The notes under the pieces were generated by a model. It did not search any database. It was not told where the DNA came from and saw only the letters and a program-made list of their open reading frames with translations. This document shows, in pieces, positions 8,036 through 18,295 of a stretch of DNA of 32,097 nt (positions are counted from its first letter, which is position 1; every line of letters begins with the position of its first letter). Location of the stretch: IMG/VR virus record IMGVR_UViG_3300030329_001061, positions 1-32,097 of that record. One strand, written 5' to 3'. The position numbers were made by a program, and so were the translations under genes. Source of the DNA: a virus (lineage: Duplodnaviria; Caudoviricetes).

Positions 8036-8410
8036 TCACCATTGTCTCCTACGGCCCATGTCAATATGGATGAATGTCTGATAGCGCATTCCGAAACCTT
8101 TGAACCCAACGTCCTGCGCTACCTTGCGGATCACTTCCTTGTCACGGCCTTGAAGCTGGACATCGAAGGCGTGACCTTGGAGGTGCGAGGATCGCGGAGC
8201 GCCTCCGATCTTGGAATTGTGGTAGGGGCTGCGGTATGCGGAAGATAAACGCACAGAATGCCCCAGACGGGACCGCAGAATATCCAGAGCGGCAAGGGCA
8301 GTTTCGTTAATAAGGATTTTGCCGGTGCCTCGGCACGCGACTTCGTTGGGCTTGAAATAAGTGTAGGGCCAGCCGTTTAGCGGGATGTCGTTGAAGTGTT
8401 CAAACAACAT
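8036..8410 (-). CDS. Endolysin, peptidase M15 family
   Basis: YF...EVAC, SSAYRSPYHN..IGGA..SSHLQGHAFD...FIHID zinc-peptidase motifs; start uncertain (the ORF track extends to 8449). Confidence 0.9.
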   Translation of the reverse strand: MLFEHFNDIPLNGWPYTYFKPNEVACRGTGKILINETALAALDILRSRLGHSVRLSSAYRSPYHNSKIGGAPRSSHLQGHAFDVQLQGRDKEVIRKVAQDVGFKGFGMRYQTFIHIDMGRRRQW

Positions 8411-8479
8411 TAGTAATTGAACCAATCTACCGGCATCTTCCACCGGCAAGCGCTCAATAGAATTGCAATCAACACCAAG

Positions 8480-8812
8480 CTAATTGTCTGACGCATCGGC
8501 TTGCTCTTCTTTCGGTTTGTCATCGATGATTGTCAACATGCCTTGACCAACAAGCCAGATACATTCGCGGTCGTTGACCGTGCGGGTCATCGTCCAGCCC
8601 ATTTTTCCCACGTACATGGTGACAAAAGCGCCGTCTTTAACTGTGCCTTTAATGAATGGCAATTCGCCAAACTTTTCTTTGAGCTGTTTCGGCATGTCAG
8701 CTTTAGGCAGGCACGGCGGTATCACGGGCGCAGCTTCTACCTTTGCCGCAGGCTGACAGGCAGTGAGCAGCAGTGCCGCAAATAAAATAAGAAGCCTCGG
8801 CATCACTTTCAT
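8480..8812 (-). CDS. Lipoprotein (possible o-spanin)
   Basis: Signal peptide with lipobox LLTAC; ATGA overlap with the upstream gene. Confidence 0.65.
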   Translation of the reverse strand: MKVMPRLLILFAALLLTACQPAAKVEAAPVIPPCLPKADMPKQLKEKFGELPFIKGTVKDGAFVTMYVGKMGWTMTRTVNDRECIWLVGQGMLTIIDDKPKEEQADASDN

Positions 8813-9207
8813 TCGACCGGCCCATGTTTGGAATTATGAATTTTCTCCAGGTGATCAATGCGGTCTACAATCCACGCTTGACGCTCCTTGTTCCAACCCT
8901 CGCGCTCTTTGCGAAACTCCTCAAACAAACGCACTTCAGTTAAAAGACGCTCAGACCTACGCGCGTCTGTCTCCCGCTTCGTTGGTGACAACATGCCAGC
9001 CAAAATGTCGACACGCTGCTGCTGAGTATCGCCGTTGTTTTCAAGCCGGTCGGTTCGCCCGTCAGCAGACCGGAGCTGGCTTTCGACATCTTTAATCTGT
9101 TCTGTGAGGCGTTGGATCTGGGCGCGAGCCACGGCAGCGGTTCCGATAACTGAAGCCGCTACACCGCCCAAAGTGATGAGCAGTTTGACATCGACCATGC
9201 CGTCCAT
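8809..9207 (-). CDS. N-terminal TM + coiled-coil protein (possible i-spanin/holin-associated)
   Basis: Hydrophobic LLITLGGVAASVIGTAAVA followed by heptad-rich helices. Confidence 0.6.
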   Translation of the reverse strand: MDGMVDVKLLITLGGVAASVIGTAAVARAQIQRLTEQIKDVESQLRSADGRTDRLENNGDTQQQRVDILAGMLSPTKRETDARRSERLLTEVRLFEEFRKEREGWNKERQAWIVDRIDHLEKIHNSKHGPVE

Positions 9208-9208
9208 A

Positions 9209-9751
9209 TCACTTCACCGCTGGGCCACTTGTCGCCGCCCAATAAAGGAAGCTGCCAATGCCGCCAGCAATAGCCAACACGGCTAACCCTTTGCCAAATT
9301 CAATCAAGTATTTTTGCCGTTTTTCTGCACGTTCTTCCGCTGCGAGCTTCGCCTCTTTCTCTTTCTTTTCAGCGTCAGCGATTGCTTGCTTCTGCTGTTT
9401 GATAATGTTGTCCCAAGTGTCAGGCCCGAATCGAGCGTTCAGAGCTTTGGCTAGGCTCCGAATTGCTTCTTCGTGCTCAGCGTGACTAACATAAGCTCTG
9501 GCAGCACCAGCCAAACTAGTAGGGTCGTCAGGTGACCCGTCTTCATCACCAAGCCGGTTCTCGACTACTTTTTCATTGTGAGATCGGTCCACCGCCTTTT
9601 TATTTTTTTGGACTTCTTTATTGGAGTTAAAGATTGCGTCGAGATGACCCGCAACCGCACCAATATCGTCGGCAGTTTCGAGGGCTGATTTGCAGGCGCT
9701 AATCGCAACCTTGGCCGCACTATAGCTCGCAGCGAGAGTGACAGGGTCCAT
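9209..9751 (-). CDS. Hypothetical phage protein, C-terminal TM
   Basis: MDPVT... amphipathic N-terminus, coiled coil, C-terminal hydrophobic helix; GAGGT RBS. Confidence 0.7.
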   Translation of the reverse strand: MDPVTLAASYSAAKVAISACKSALETADDIGAVAGHLDAIFNSNKEVQKNKKAVDRSHNEKVVENRLGDEDGSPDDPTSLAGAARAYVSHAEHEEAIRSLAKALNARFGPDTWDNIIKQQKQAIADAEKKEKEAKLAAEERAEKRQKYLIEFGKGLAVLAIAGGIGSFLYWAATSGPAVK

Positions 9752-9759
9752 TGATTACC

Positions 9760-10440
9760 TCACGCGACATCAAACGCAACAGCCGCCAACATGCTATCAC
9801 CGCTCGTGTTCCCATCTGCATCGGCAGTTATTGTGAAAGTGCCGTTTGCGGTTGATCGCGCCGTCGAAAAATGAAAGTCAGAGTCGAAGACAGCATCATG
9901 GTCCTTAGTCGCATTGGTGTAATTAAAGTTTGTGGTGCTGCGAAAGCTCGCTCCAGCTACAGTGACAACTGCGCCGCCAGCAGGAACAGTTATTGACCCG
10001 GCGAGTGGGTCTGTGTCCACATTAGTCATGGTATCACTAGCCGATGTGGCCGCGCCGGTAATCGTGTAAATTGAGATCGCGCAGCCCAGCATTGAACTGT
10101 TAAAAATGACGTCGATATCTGCGGTTGTGCCGCTGGTAATTGTTGCCGCAAAAATTCCAACGAACTCGCCGCCGCTGCTATTCGCCGTCACCAGTCCCGT
10201 GGCAGTGGTTGAGCCGATCAAAACTGACGCAGACCTTGCGCCTGCTGATGACCGAGGTCCATACACACAAATGATCACTTGGCGGTCAGAGGCCGCTGTG
10301 CCAATGGATTTATTGTCAAAACTACCGCTGTAATCAGTCGCGTTTGAACTCGATGTGTCAGATAAGACGTAGGACAGTAGTACGCTCGGCGCACTTTGAT
10401 GAGCGCCAAAACCAATAGCCGACCCCGGCATGATGAACAT
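9760..10440 (-). CDS. Tail fibre-associated / receptor-binding beta protein
   Basis: Ser/Thr/Ala/Gly-rich all-beta composition; TAATG coupling to the tail fibre. Confidence 0.6.
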   Translation of the reverse strand: MFIMPGSAIGFGAHQSAPSVLLSYVLSDTSSSNATDYSGSFDNKSIGTAASDRQVIICVYGPRSSAGARSASVLIGSTTATGLVTANSSGGEFVGIFAATITSGTTADIDVIFNSSMLGCAISIYTITGAATSASDTMTNVDTDPLAGSITVPAGGAVVTVAGASFRSTTNFNYTNATKDHDAVFDSDFHFSTARSTANGTFTITADADGNTSGDSMLAAVAFDVA

Positions 10441-12413
10441 TAGCTATCATCCTTCGCGTTCACCGTGTAAAAAATTTTGACGCCTAGCAGACGGGCATCA
10501 CCAGCCATGTCGTCATTGCCGTCTGAAACATCTCGGAATATTCGGAAAAAACATATATCTTCGGCGGCTGGTGAATTGGCGATTGTTACCGCACCACTTG
10601 TTGCCGTAACCAAAACCTCGGTGGCATCGCCTTGGCTATCGTCGGTCACAACGACTGCTGTGCCATAGGCTTGATCAGCTTCCTCGTTGTCACCGACCGC
10701 TACGCCTTGCAAACCGAAGGCAACTCCCGTGGTTGCCGCCAAGCCTATCCAGTAGCACTTAAAAGTGATTGTGCCTTCGTTCCAACTTTTTGGCATAGCA
10801 ATTTGAAACTGCGCGTGTTCATCTGAATCTTTGTCAAAGTCGAGAACCTGCAAATCAGGTCGGCCCGCCGTGGTTTCAACGTCTGTAATGGCCGCACAGC
10901 CATTGCTCACGGTTGGCCGCATTGCCGCTGCTGGGACCCATATCGTGTGGGTGCCTTGCGCGACATATGCGCTGGCCGCAGCCGCGGGCGTAACTGCCCT
11001 GGTGCTGTCCGATCCCGTTGCCGTCTCTGCGTTGGTCGCAAGCTCAACCACGCCGCTCGATGTCGCAGACGCTGCGGCAACCTGAGAGATAATTGTGGCC
11101 AGCCAGTTGTCGGGGCTTGCATCGTCGCCAATAAAGTGGATGACCTGACCGACTGCGTTAAGACCGCTATAATTTGATTCCGCCCCGTTAATTCGGTCGG
11201 TGCCGTCGCGCACAATGGTGATGGCGTTGTCCACGTTGTGAACTTGAAACCCAAACAAAATGCCGTCGCTCGACCCGATGGCGGGCAGATTAATCGTTAC
11301 TGTGCCGCTGGACGCGTCAATCAAATAATAAGTGCGTGCGTTCGTCGTTTCAACATTGTGCGTGCCGCTGGTCAACGTAACAACGGCGCTCCATCCTTGC
11401 GCCGCTGCTGTGGCCGTCGTCGCACTGCTGGCCGCAGCACTTGCAGAACCTGCTGCAGCCGTTGCTTGTGCGCTTGCTTTCGCGCTGTAGTGCAATGCGG
11501 AAAACGTCCCGGCCCCGGCAACGGTATCGTCTTCGGCGTTGGTTGCCCATTCCTTGGCTGCTCCCGCGCTAGACGTGTCGGTGATTCCAGTACCGCCCAC
11601 AGCCCACGCTTTCGCGCTGTACGTTCCGCTTTCAACTTCGCCATTCACCTTAATCGCGTAGTTCGACGCGAGGGTTGCGCTCGTTGCGGCGGCGGTTGCC
11701 GACCCTGCTACATTATCGACATATAATTTCGTGGCAGCTTTCAAATTACTGTCAGGCGCACCCGCAAGCGTTAGGTCTCCAGTCATGGTGCCGCCAGCAA
11801 GCGGTAATGCTCCCAGCGTGGTAAGCTGCGCAGCGGCGTTGGCATCATCAAGTAACGCACGACCAGCAGAAGTAAAATCAGCCACAGCAGCCGTACCGCT
11901 TCCGGTGAAGTACGGAATCTTATCTGCCGCGCTCGTTAGGTTGGCAATAGCCTTGATGTCGGCATCAAGGCGGTCATTACTTAATGTTCCGCTGTTAATC
12001 TTTGCCGCATCAACATGACCATTGGCGTCAAGAATGCTAACAGAAATTGCTAAAGTTTCGGAAGACAGACTGCCGCTGTCAAAGCTCACGGTGACCGTGG
12101 TGTTGCTGCTAAAGGCGCTGGCCGTGATAACGCCGTAGATCGTGCCGGTGCTTGAACCGACTGCGCGGATGCGGCGACCGACCGCATAGATTGCCGTGAC
12201 GTTAATGCTGGCAATCGTGAATGATGTCCCGCTGGCGTATGCGGTGGTGTGACCGTAGTTGAAAAAGCCACCATCTTCCAAGTGCTCGCGAATGTCTGAG
12301 AGAACTTGTCTCATGCTGTTATTCAGCGTCGATGGCAGTTGCTGCTCTGCAAAGTTAACCGCCCCTGCCACGTTATTTTCGGAGGGTGTTGTGGAGTAAT
12401 CTTTGACGCCCAT
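10440..12413 (-). CDS. Tail fibre protein
   Basis: Fibre modules: AADKIPYFTG..GRALLDDA, LPLAGGTMTG..AATKLYVD, repeated SAKxWA motifs, GVVELATNAE; located after the ejection genes. Confidence 0.85.
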   Translation of the reverse strand: MGVKDYSTTPSENNVAGAVNFAEQQLPSTLNNSMRQVLSDIREHLEDGGFFNYGHTTAYASGTSFTIASINVTAIYAVGRRIRAVGSSTGTIYGVITASAFSSNTTVTVSFDSGSLSSETLAISVSILDANGHVDAAKINSGTLSNDRLDADIKAIANLTSAADKIPYFTGSGTAAVADFTSAGRALLDDANAAAQLTTLGALPLAGGTMTGDLTLAGAPDSNLKAATKLYVDNVAGSATAAATSATLASNYAIKVNGEVESGTYSAKAWAVGGTGITDTSSAGAAKEWATNAEDDTVAGAGTFSALHYSAKASAQATAAAGSASAAASSATTATAAAQGWSAVVTLTSGTHNVETTNARTYYLIDASSGTVTINLPAIGSSDGILFGFQVHNVDNAITIVRDGTDRINGAESNYSGLNAVGQVIHFIGDDASPDNWLATIISQVAAASATSSGVVELATNAETATGSDSTRAVTPAAAASAYVAQGTHTIWVPAAAMRPTVSNGCAAITDVETTAGRPDLQVLDFDKDSDEHAQFQIAMPKSWNEGTITFKCYWIGLAATTGVAFGLQGVAVGDNEEADQAYGTAVVVTDDSQGDATEVLVTATSGAVTIANSPAAEDICFFRIFRDVSDGNDDMAGDARLLGVKIFYTVNAKDDS

Positions 12414-12415
12414 GA

Positions 12416-14389
12416 TTATGGATTCCTATCTTCAACGAGAGGCCGGGGGGATTGTTGCGCAAGCACGTTGCGCAATAATGCAGGGGCTTGCGTTGCTCTT
12501 CGCCGCACCATCGGGTTACCTTGCGCCATCAGTTGCAGAGCTTCTTCTTGATTGGCGGGATCAAGCAACAACCGGCGCAGCTCTGCCGCAACCTGATCTG
12601 ATGGCGCGCCCTCCCTCATCCCCTGCATAACTAGACGCGCGATTGCACCACCGCCGCCGGTTGCTAAATCTCCTGCATCACTAAGGTCTTGCGCAGCATC
12701 AGCGTCAGACAACATCGGCGCTGTCCTCGACCCAGTGGTTGCTCTTGCGCTGGTCAGCGCCATTTGTCTTTCGTCTTCTATAGCCCGCGCAAACGCCGCA
12801 AAATCCTCATCAGAGGCAAACGCAGTGCGTAGCCGATCTCGCTTAGCGGGATTGTTGAATATCTTGGCGACCGCATCGCCGCCATCAGGCGTGTTATTAA
12901 TTTGGAACCGCAGAGCGTCGGCAACGCCAACCCTAAAACTTTCCATTTCATGGTCGCCAAACTTTGCAAGCATACCCTGGTCGAATGTGCCGGGGCGTAG
13001 CACAAACTTTTTGCCTTCCTCTGCCGCTTCCATTGCCGCAGAGTGTCCCGCGTAGACCGACCGCGCTTCCTTGTAAGCTGGGTTGACCGAATCTAAATAG
13101 TCACGCAGATTGTTGCGCAACATTTTAGCTCTGCCTGCCCTGGTTGATTGCCCTGCCGAGTATAAGGAGTTGACCTGATCATCAAGGCTTTGCTTGATGT
13201 AATCCATCAGCTCTAGGGTTGGCTTTGTGAATATCGTTTGGCCGTCACTGACTTGGACCGCATCACTTAAATCGACGCCATCATATTCCATAATATCCTG
13301 TGCGCCCGACCAAGCTTCTTGAATCTTTTTGTTTTTCAAAAAACCTTTCAGTTCTTCTGTCATTTCTAAATCTTGCTTATACGCATCGCCATAGTCGCGG
13401 TTTGCACTTTCTCTCCGCAACATTGTTGTCTCTTCTAAATAATCATTAAGGCTTTGCGTCGGCAAAAACCTATCGACTTGTTCTAATGCGCGGCGCGCTT
13501 GGTCTTCGTTTCGTTCCGCAAGAAATCTGTGCGCAGCTTTACCGCCAGATGTCGTTGCTGCGTGGCGCGCCAAGTCACGCAGCCCAATCGAAAAACGATC
13601 TGGTGCGTCTGGAATCCGTGCGGTCGCAGGCATCCGACTAAGTGCTTCCCTTATAGCCGGTACAGTAATGTCGTCGTCATCCATGCCGCGCCGCAGTAAT
13701 CGTCCCGCCTGCCGCTTGACTTGTGACCCTGGCGCTAACTTGCCAGCAAGGTTTAAAGCGCCGCGTGAGATGTCACCAACCACCGGCACACCCGCGCCGA
13801 CCATCGCGCCGGTTCCCGCGCCTACCAGACCGCTCAGCCCACGGCTTTGCAAACCCGGCATATCAAATCCACCCTCACCACGGCCAAGGCCGCTCGCAGC
13901 CCCGAACTTTGCGCCTTCCTTCGCGCTTTGAATAATGCGCGGAACCAGCCCTGCAGCACGCATTGCCGCTGCGCGGCCTATGCCAAGCAAACCAGTAGGC
14001 ACACCGCCAGCCACTTGCAAAGCCGTGGCTTTGTAGGGGCGCGCCCGCTGGTAAAGTTCGTTCGCTGCCCGTGCCTGATCAATCCCCTCACTTACTGCCT
14101 GACCGAACGGTTTATCATCGCGGAAGTAACTCATTACCCCGCGCCCGAAGCCTTCAAGTTCATCACCAAAGCCCAACGCTGTGCCTTGGCCTAGCGTCTG
14201 CCGTGCGACATTCGCATCGGTATCAATGAAGGCTTTCCGAAACTCAGGGTGGTCGTAGATTGCCTGGGCAGTTTCTTTTGTGACTTTGTATTCCGAAAGA
14301 TAATCAAGAGCACCTTCCGCACCTAAACCAGCCGCCTTGACTTTATTGAGGTTGCGGATATGCGCCTCGACTGCTTTTTTGTTTACCAT
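12416..14389 (-). CDS. Large internal virion/ejection protein (P22 gp16 position)
   Basis: 657-aa helical Ala/Gly-rich protein with a QG..LGFGDEL motif and glycine-zipper segments; assigned by synteny. Confidence 0.65.
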   Translation of the reverse strand: MVNKKAVEAHIRNLNKVKAAGLGAEGALDYLSEYKVTKETAQAIYDHPEFRKAFIDTDANVARQTLGQGTALGFGDELEGFGRGVMSYFRDDKPFGQAVSEGIDQARAANELYQRARPYKATALQVAGGVPTGLLGIGRAAAMRAAGLVPRIIQSAKEGAKFGAASGLGRGEGGFDMPGLQSRGLSGLVGAGTGAMVGAGVPVVGDISRGALNLAGKLAPGSQVKRQAGRLLRRGMDDDDITVPAIREALSRMPATARIPDAPDRFSIGLRDLARHAATTSGGKAAHRFLAERNEDQARRALEQVDRFLPTQSLNDYLEETTMLRRESANRDYGDAYKQDLEMTEELKGFLKNKKIQEAWSGAQDIMEYDGVDLSDAVQVSDGQTIFTKPTLELMDYIKQSLDDQVNSLYSAGQSTRAGRAKMLRNNLRDYLDSVNPAYKEARSVYAGHSAAMEAAEEGKKFVLRPGTFDQGMLAKFGDHEMESFRVGVADALRFQINNTPDGGDAVAKIFNNPAKRDRLRTAFASDEDFAAFARAIEDERQMALTSARATTGSRTAPMLSDADAAQDLSDAGDLATGGGGAIARLVMQGMREGAPSDQVAAELRRLLLDPANQEEALQLMAQGNPMVRRRATQAPALLRNVLAQQSPRPLVEDRNP

Positions 14390-14399
14390 TAAATTACCC

Positions 14400-15641
14400 C
14401 TATTTTACAGGCTCAAGGCCGGGAACCCGACTTTTTATGCTGGGTTGATTTGGCTTACGTTTGAGTGTGCTGGTAGGGGTGTTGCCGGTTTGAGGTCGGT
14501 TTAGTATTGCGTCACCCATCCATATCCGCTTCCATCTTAATCTATCAAGATCAGCGGCTGCTTTGTAGGCACGCACTTGAGGACGATACGCATTGACTAC
14601 AGCGGCCTTTAAATCAGCAACAACGCCAACCATTTTTGTACGCAATTCGGGATCAAGAACCGTTCCCTCTTTCCAGTTGTCTATAATAGTGTTTGCCCTT
14701 GAGATTGCATCGGTCGCACTTTGCTGAAGCTGTAATTCGCCAGATGTAACCATGCCAGGATCAATCATTTTAATCATTGCGGTTAAACCTGAAATGTGAC
14801 CGCTACCGTCAGGGCTATTTAAACCTTTCTCCGCTATTTCAGCGAGTCGGTTTGTTTCGCTTATTTTATTGTAAATAGGCTTTAACTCGCCGCGCATTTT
14901 GTCTTCTGCCTTCATAATTCCCTGCTGATTTAGTCGCCGCGTTACGGGATTGAAATCTTTATTTGGGTCAAGGGCAGATGTGACATAATCAAAAACTAGT
15001 TTAGCCCGCTGATCTAACGGTGCGGCGAGAAGTGAAGCTCGCATTTCGGGCGCCATTGAGTTCATCAGATTCGTCTGTCCTGTTGTTGCCTGTGGCGTTT
15101 GTACCGCTGTCGGCATGACCATTGGTTCTGGGCCGCTCATTACGTTAGCCATCGGTTGAGGTTGAACGGCTTGGCCTTGCTGCTGTCCGCCGCCGCCGCC
15201 GCCTAGTAATCTTTGCAGATTGGCGTTCTGTTCTAATTTCATATTAAACAACGCTTTCTCTTGCGCCGCTTTCTGCAACGCTATTTGCGTATTCAACGCC
15301 TGCACGTTAGCGGCACGCTGTCGGGCAAGATCGTCTTGCGTTGCTTTGGCGCGAAGCTGACCGGCAAGCGCAATGTTCCTTTGCCGGGCACCGGGGTCAG
15401 TGCTTGGCGCACCGGCGGCAATCAGAGCTGGCCCCATTGCGCCCAGACCCTTCAAAAAGGCGTTGGCGCGGTCTTGACCACTGAGCGCCAGCAAGGTTTG
15501 CAAGTTGGCGGCAGACGTTGGCGCTGGTGGGCGAGGCGCAGGGGCAGGGGTAGGCGGCGTAAACGTCAGCGTCGTTGTCGGGCGCGGCATCATTGATGAA
15601 CCAAAAAGATTGCCGGGATTGCCAAGCATAAGAGTAGACAT
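14400..15641 (-). CDS. Internal virion/ejection protein (P22 gp20 position)
   Basis: Q/A/P-rich N-terminal half, KMIDPG.V motif in the C-terminal half; assigned by synteny. Confidence 0.6.
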   Translation of the reverse strand: MSTLMLGNPGNLFGSSMMPRPTTTLTFTPPTPAPAPRPPAPTSAANLQTLLALSGQDRANAFLKGLGAMGPALIAAGAPSTDPGARQRNIALAGQLRAKATQDDLARQRAANVQALNTQIALQKAAQEKALFNMKLEQNANLQRLLGGGGGGQQQGQAVQPQPMANVMSGPEPMVMPTAVQTPQATTGQTNLMNSMAPEMRASLLAAPLDQRAKLVFDYVTSALDPNKDFNPVTRRLNQQGIMKAEDKMRGELKPIYNKISETNRLAEIAEKGLNSPDGSGHISGLTAMIKMIDPGMVTSGELQLQQSATDAISRANTIIDNWKEGTVLDPELRTKMVGVVADLKAAVVNAYRPQVRAYKAAADLDRLRWKRIWMGDAILNRPQTGNTPTSTLKRKPNQPSIKSRVPGLEPVK

Positions 15642-15654
15642 TTGAATATCCTAT

Positions 15655-16524
15655 TTAAAAACCTAGTAAACCTCTAAGACCCGATATGGCCGACGTGCCG
15701 CCTTTGCTCGCACCAAACAGATCGGTCAAAATACCGGCACCCGTCGCGCCATAGCCAAGGTATGTGGCCGCTGGATCGCTAAATATCGGCTCCGTAGTTG
15801 ACTGGCTGGTGTACTGGCCGCCAGTGACCAGTGGCATGTACTCACCCAGACGCTGGCGCGGCTCATCTTGCATGAAGTTAAATCGGTCAATGTCTTCTTG
15901 AAGCTGCGCCCCTGCCATGCCCTCGTAGGCTGCGCCGACATCAATCAGCTTTGACGGGTCGAGATAGTCAAGCTGGGCCATCCCTGGCGCTGCCATGCCT
16001 GCATCAATCTGCCGGTCACGCTCTGCGGCATAATTCGTGTACGCCATCTTACTGCCGATGTCGCCAAGGCTTTGCAGATAATCCTCTGCCGCACGGTTTT
16101 GCGCTCGCGCCTGCATTCCAGAGCCATACCGACCGGCGCTTGAAAAGGCGCTGCCAATGCTTGGCATCACATCTTCTTGGAAGGCTTCGCGCATTGGCCT
16201 TGTCGCCGCGTCCATTGCGCTGGCGAGATATGGGTTGCTGTCGGGGCTAAGATAATCGCCCGCCATCGTTGCGGCGGTTAGGTCTTGCGCACCCGTCACT
16301 AACGGCGAGCCAGCTTCCGCACGCTGCTGGATTGCGGTCAGCGCAGCCTCGGTTTGAGGTGCGAACGGAACAACCGTGCTGCCCTCATACATTGTGCGCG
16401 GCGTGCCAAACAAGTCTTGCGCCGTGTCTAGCCCTTCTGTCAGGTAAGGCCTGATGAAGTTGCTTGGCTCATTGCTGGCGACCGTTGTCACAGTGCCTGA
16501 TGGCTTCGATGATGAACCGCCCAT
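15655..16524 (-). CDS. Internal virion/ejection protein (P22 gp7-like)
   Basis: MGG..TT start, NPYL, F..AGRYGSG motifs and a Gly-rich hydrophobic C-terminus. Confidence 0.65.
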   Translation of the reverse strand: MGGSSSKPSGTVTTVASNEPSNFIRPYLTEGLDTAQDLFGTPRTMYEGSTVVPFAPQTEAALTAIQQRAEAGSPLVTGAQDLTAATMAGDYLSPDSNPYLASAMDAATRPMREAFQEDVMPSIGSAFSSAGRYGSGMQARAQNRAAEDYLQSLGDIGSKMAYTNYAAERDRQIDAGMAAPGMAQLDYLDPSKLIDVGAAYEGMAGAQLQEDIDRFNFMQDEPRQRLGEYMPLVTGGQYTSQSTTEPIFSDPAATYLGYGATGAGILTDLFGASKGGTSAISGLRGLLGF

Positions 16525-16525
16525 T

Positions 16526-17008
16526 TCACAACCTCTTCTCTAAGATAACTTTTGTTTTCTCGTATTCTTGCAGCACCCGCTCCCAACCGCTGCGGCCTTC
16601 CAGGCTTACCAGATCGCAGCCGAGTGCTTTCGCCCACGCTTCGATTTCACCCAGCATGTCGTTTATAATTATCCAGCTATACGCCGAACCACGCTCGCCA
16701 GCTAAGAGCCAGATGAAACATTCTTTACGTTGCGGATACTGTGTGATGGTCGTCACAACGATGCCGTCAATAGTGTCGCCGTCACCGGCTATCCAGAGCT
16801 GCGCCTTGCCTTCGCGCAAGTCGGCACAGACATCGGCAACGGTGTGTGATCCCGCGAAGTCTAACGCACGCTGAATATGATGCTCGCATTGCGGCACGAT
16901 GCCATCGATGGCGTCGAGCGGCACAAGGCTCAGATTGACCGCAGTAGCAAGTCCAAAACGACTAGAATAATGTCTTCCATTATCCAGAGTTACGATATTG
17001 GCCGTCAT
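16526..17008 (-). CDS. GNAT-fold-like virion assembly protein
   Basis: QLW...VTTI..YP..K.C.I.L.AG...IEAWAK..GC..V...GR.GWERVL pattern, usual at this position in podoviruses. Confidence 0.7.
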   Translation of the reverse strand: MTANIVTLDNGRHYSSRFGLATAVNLSLVPLDAIDGIVPQCEHHIQRALDFAGSHTVADVCADLREGKAQLWIAGDGDTIDGIVVTTITQYPQRKECFIWLLAGERGSAYSWIIINDMLGEIEAWAKALGCDLVSLEGRSGWERVLQEYEKTKVILEKRL

Positions 17009-17033
17009 CTGTCTACACAGTTAAGGCGAGTCA

Positions 17034-17954
17034 TTAGTCGCCTTCTTCCATGTCGCCAAAGTCTTCATCGCCGCCGAATTGGGTGTCAGCATCTCCACCA
17101 AGATCGAACACGTCGGCTATATCTTGGAATGGATCAGAAAATGGGCCGCTGTAATCAATGCCGCTTCTTGGGTCAATGTCGCCAATGTCGTCTATTACGT
17201 TTGACCCAGGAATACTGGCCGGGCCTCTGTTGTCCATGAAGTTTGAAACACCAAACGGATCAATACCCGGCTGGTTGATTCCGTAATAATCTTCAAGCTG
17301 TTCATTGAGTGACGGGCCAAGACCGAAGCCATAGCCAAGCGTTCCCAGGAATCCACGGCGTCCACGGTCGCCTAAAGCCAGCGTGTTCTGCGCGTCAATT
17401 ACGTCACCCATGCGCCCGCCAACAATGCCGCCGCCAAGCGCACCAATTGGACCGCCCAGCAAGCCGCCAAGCACGGAGCCGCTTAAATCACCAAGGGTTG
17501 CCGCGCCGCTGCGCCCGCCCGCAAGACTGCCCGCAACATTGCCAAACAAGCCCGCGCCTGGGATACCGCTGAGTCTTCCCAACGTGCTGCCAAGGCCCGC
17601 TGCTAGAGCACCGCGATTTATCGGATTGACGCCAAGCACGCCGCCCGTCAACATCGGAATATTGGTGCTGTATTGAGTGGTGCCAAAACCGTCAGTCACC
17701 CCGCCCGGTGGACCTGATGGCGGGGGCGTTTCGCCGTCGTTAGGCGTTTGCACCACCATGCCGGGTTGGCGCATCGGTTGCACAACGGGATCAGCCGCGA
17801 CAGGCGCAAGCGGTTCAACCACGGGTTGCGTTACCGCTGGCTGATCGCCAAAGCGCGGAAAGACAAACGTGTTGCCATCAAAATATCCCATCGGTCGGCC
17901 AAACTGGTTGACCGGAAAAACCTTGCCCGTCGAGTCTGTGTATGTCTCAGCCAT
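17034..17954 (-). CDS. Gly/Pro-rich glycine-zipper protein with acidic C-terminus (probable virion protein)
   Basis: GxxxG repeats in the centre, Asp-rich tail; TGATG coupling with the upstream gene. Confidence 0.65.
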   Translation of the reverse strand: MAETYTDSTGKVFPVNQFGRPMGYFDGNTFVFPRFGDQPAVTQPVVEPLAPVAADPVVQPMRQPGMVVQTPNDGETPPPSGPPGGVTDGFGTTQYSTNIPMLTGGVLGVNPINRGALAAGLGSTLGRLSGIPGAGLFGNVAGSLAGGRSGAATLGDLSGSVLGGLLGGPIGALGGGIVGGRMGDVIDAQNTLALGDRGRRGFLGTLGYGFGLGPSLNEQLEDYYGINQPGIDPFGVSNFMDNRGPASIPGSNVIDDIGDIDPRSGIDYSGPFSDPFQDIADVFDLGGDADTQFGGDEDFGDMEEGD

Positions 17955-18295
17955 CAGCCCACCAGTACCACCTTGAATGTTCGATCTGTTTGCGAGTTAT
18001 TTGCGTGCGTGATTGCCACGCTTCCATTTACCCGACCTGACTGCCCAACGTAGATCGTGCCTGCGCCAAGTTCAGCCGATGCGTTCGCTGTCGTTGGCAT
18101 AAAAAGCAAGACCGTGTTCACGCCGATGCGTGTGTCTGTCACCGTAGTCGATGCCGCGCTAACCGTTAGCGTCACGTCCAGCACGTTGTTTGTGCGCCCC
18201 AGCATCATCTCGTTGAGAGATGTCGAAATCTGCCGCCGGTGAAAGTTGCCGTCAGGGTTGTCCAGTGGCGGCGATGGAAACTCAGAAACGGTCAC
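17954..18295 (-). CDS. Small tail-associated protein
   Basis: 113-aa Thr-rich beta protein; GTGA overlap with the tail hub gene. Confidence 0.65.
   Translation of the reverse strand: MTVSEFPSPPLDNPDGNFHRRQISTSLNEMMLGRTNNVLDVTLTVSAASTTVTDTRIGVNTVLLFMPTTANASAELGAGTIYVGQSGRVNGSVAITHANNSQTDRTFKVVLVG

Noticed and set aside
9760-12413. Diversity-generating retroelement or invertible tail-fibre cassette
   Set aside because: No reverse transcriptase or invertase, and no template/variable repeat pair noticed.
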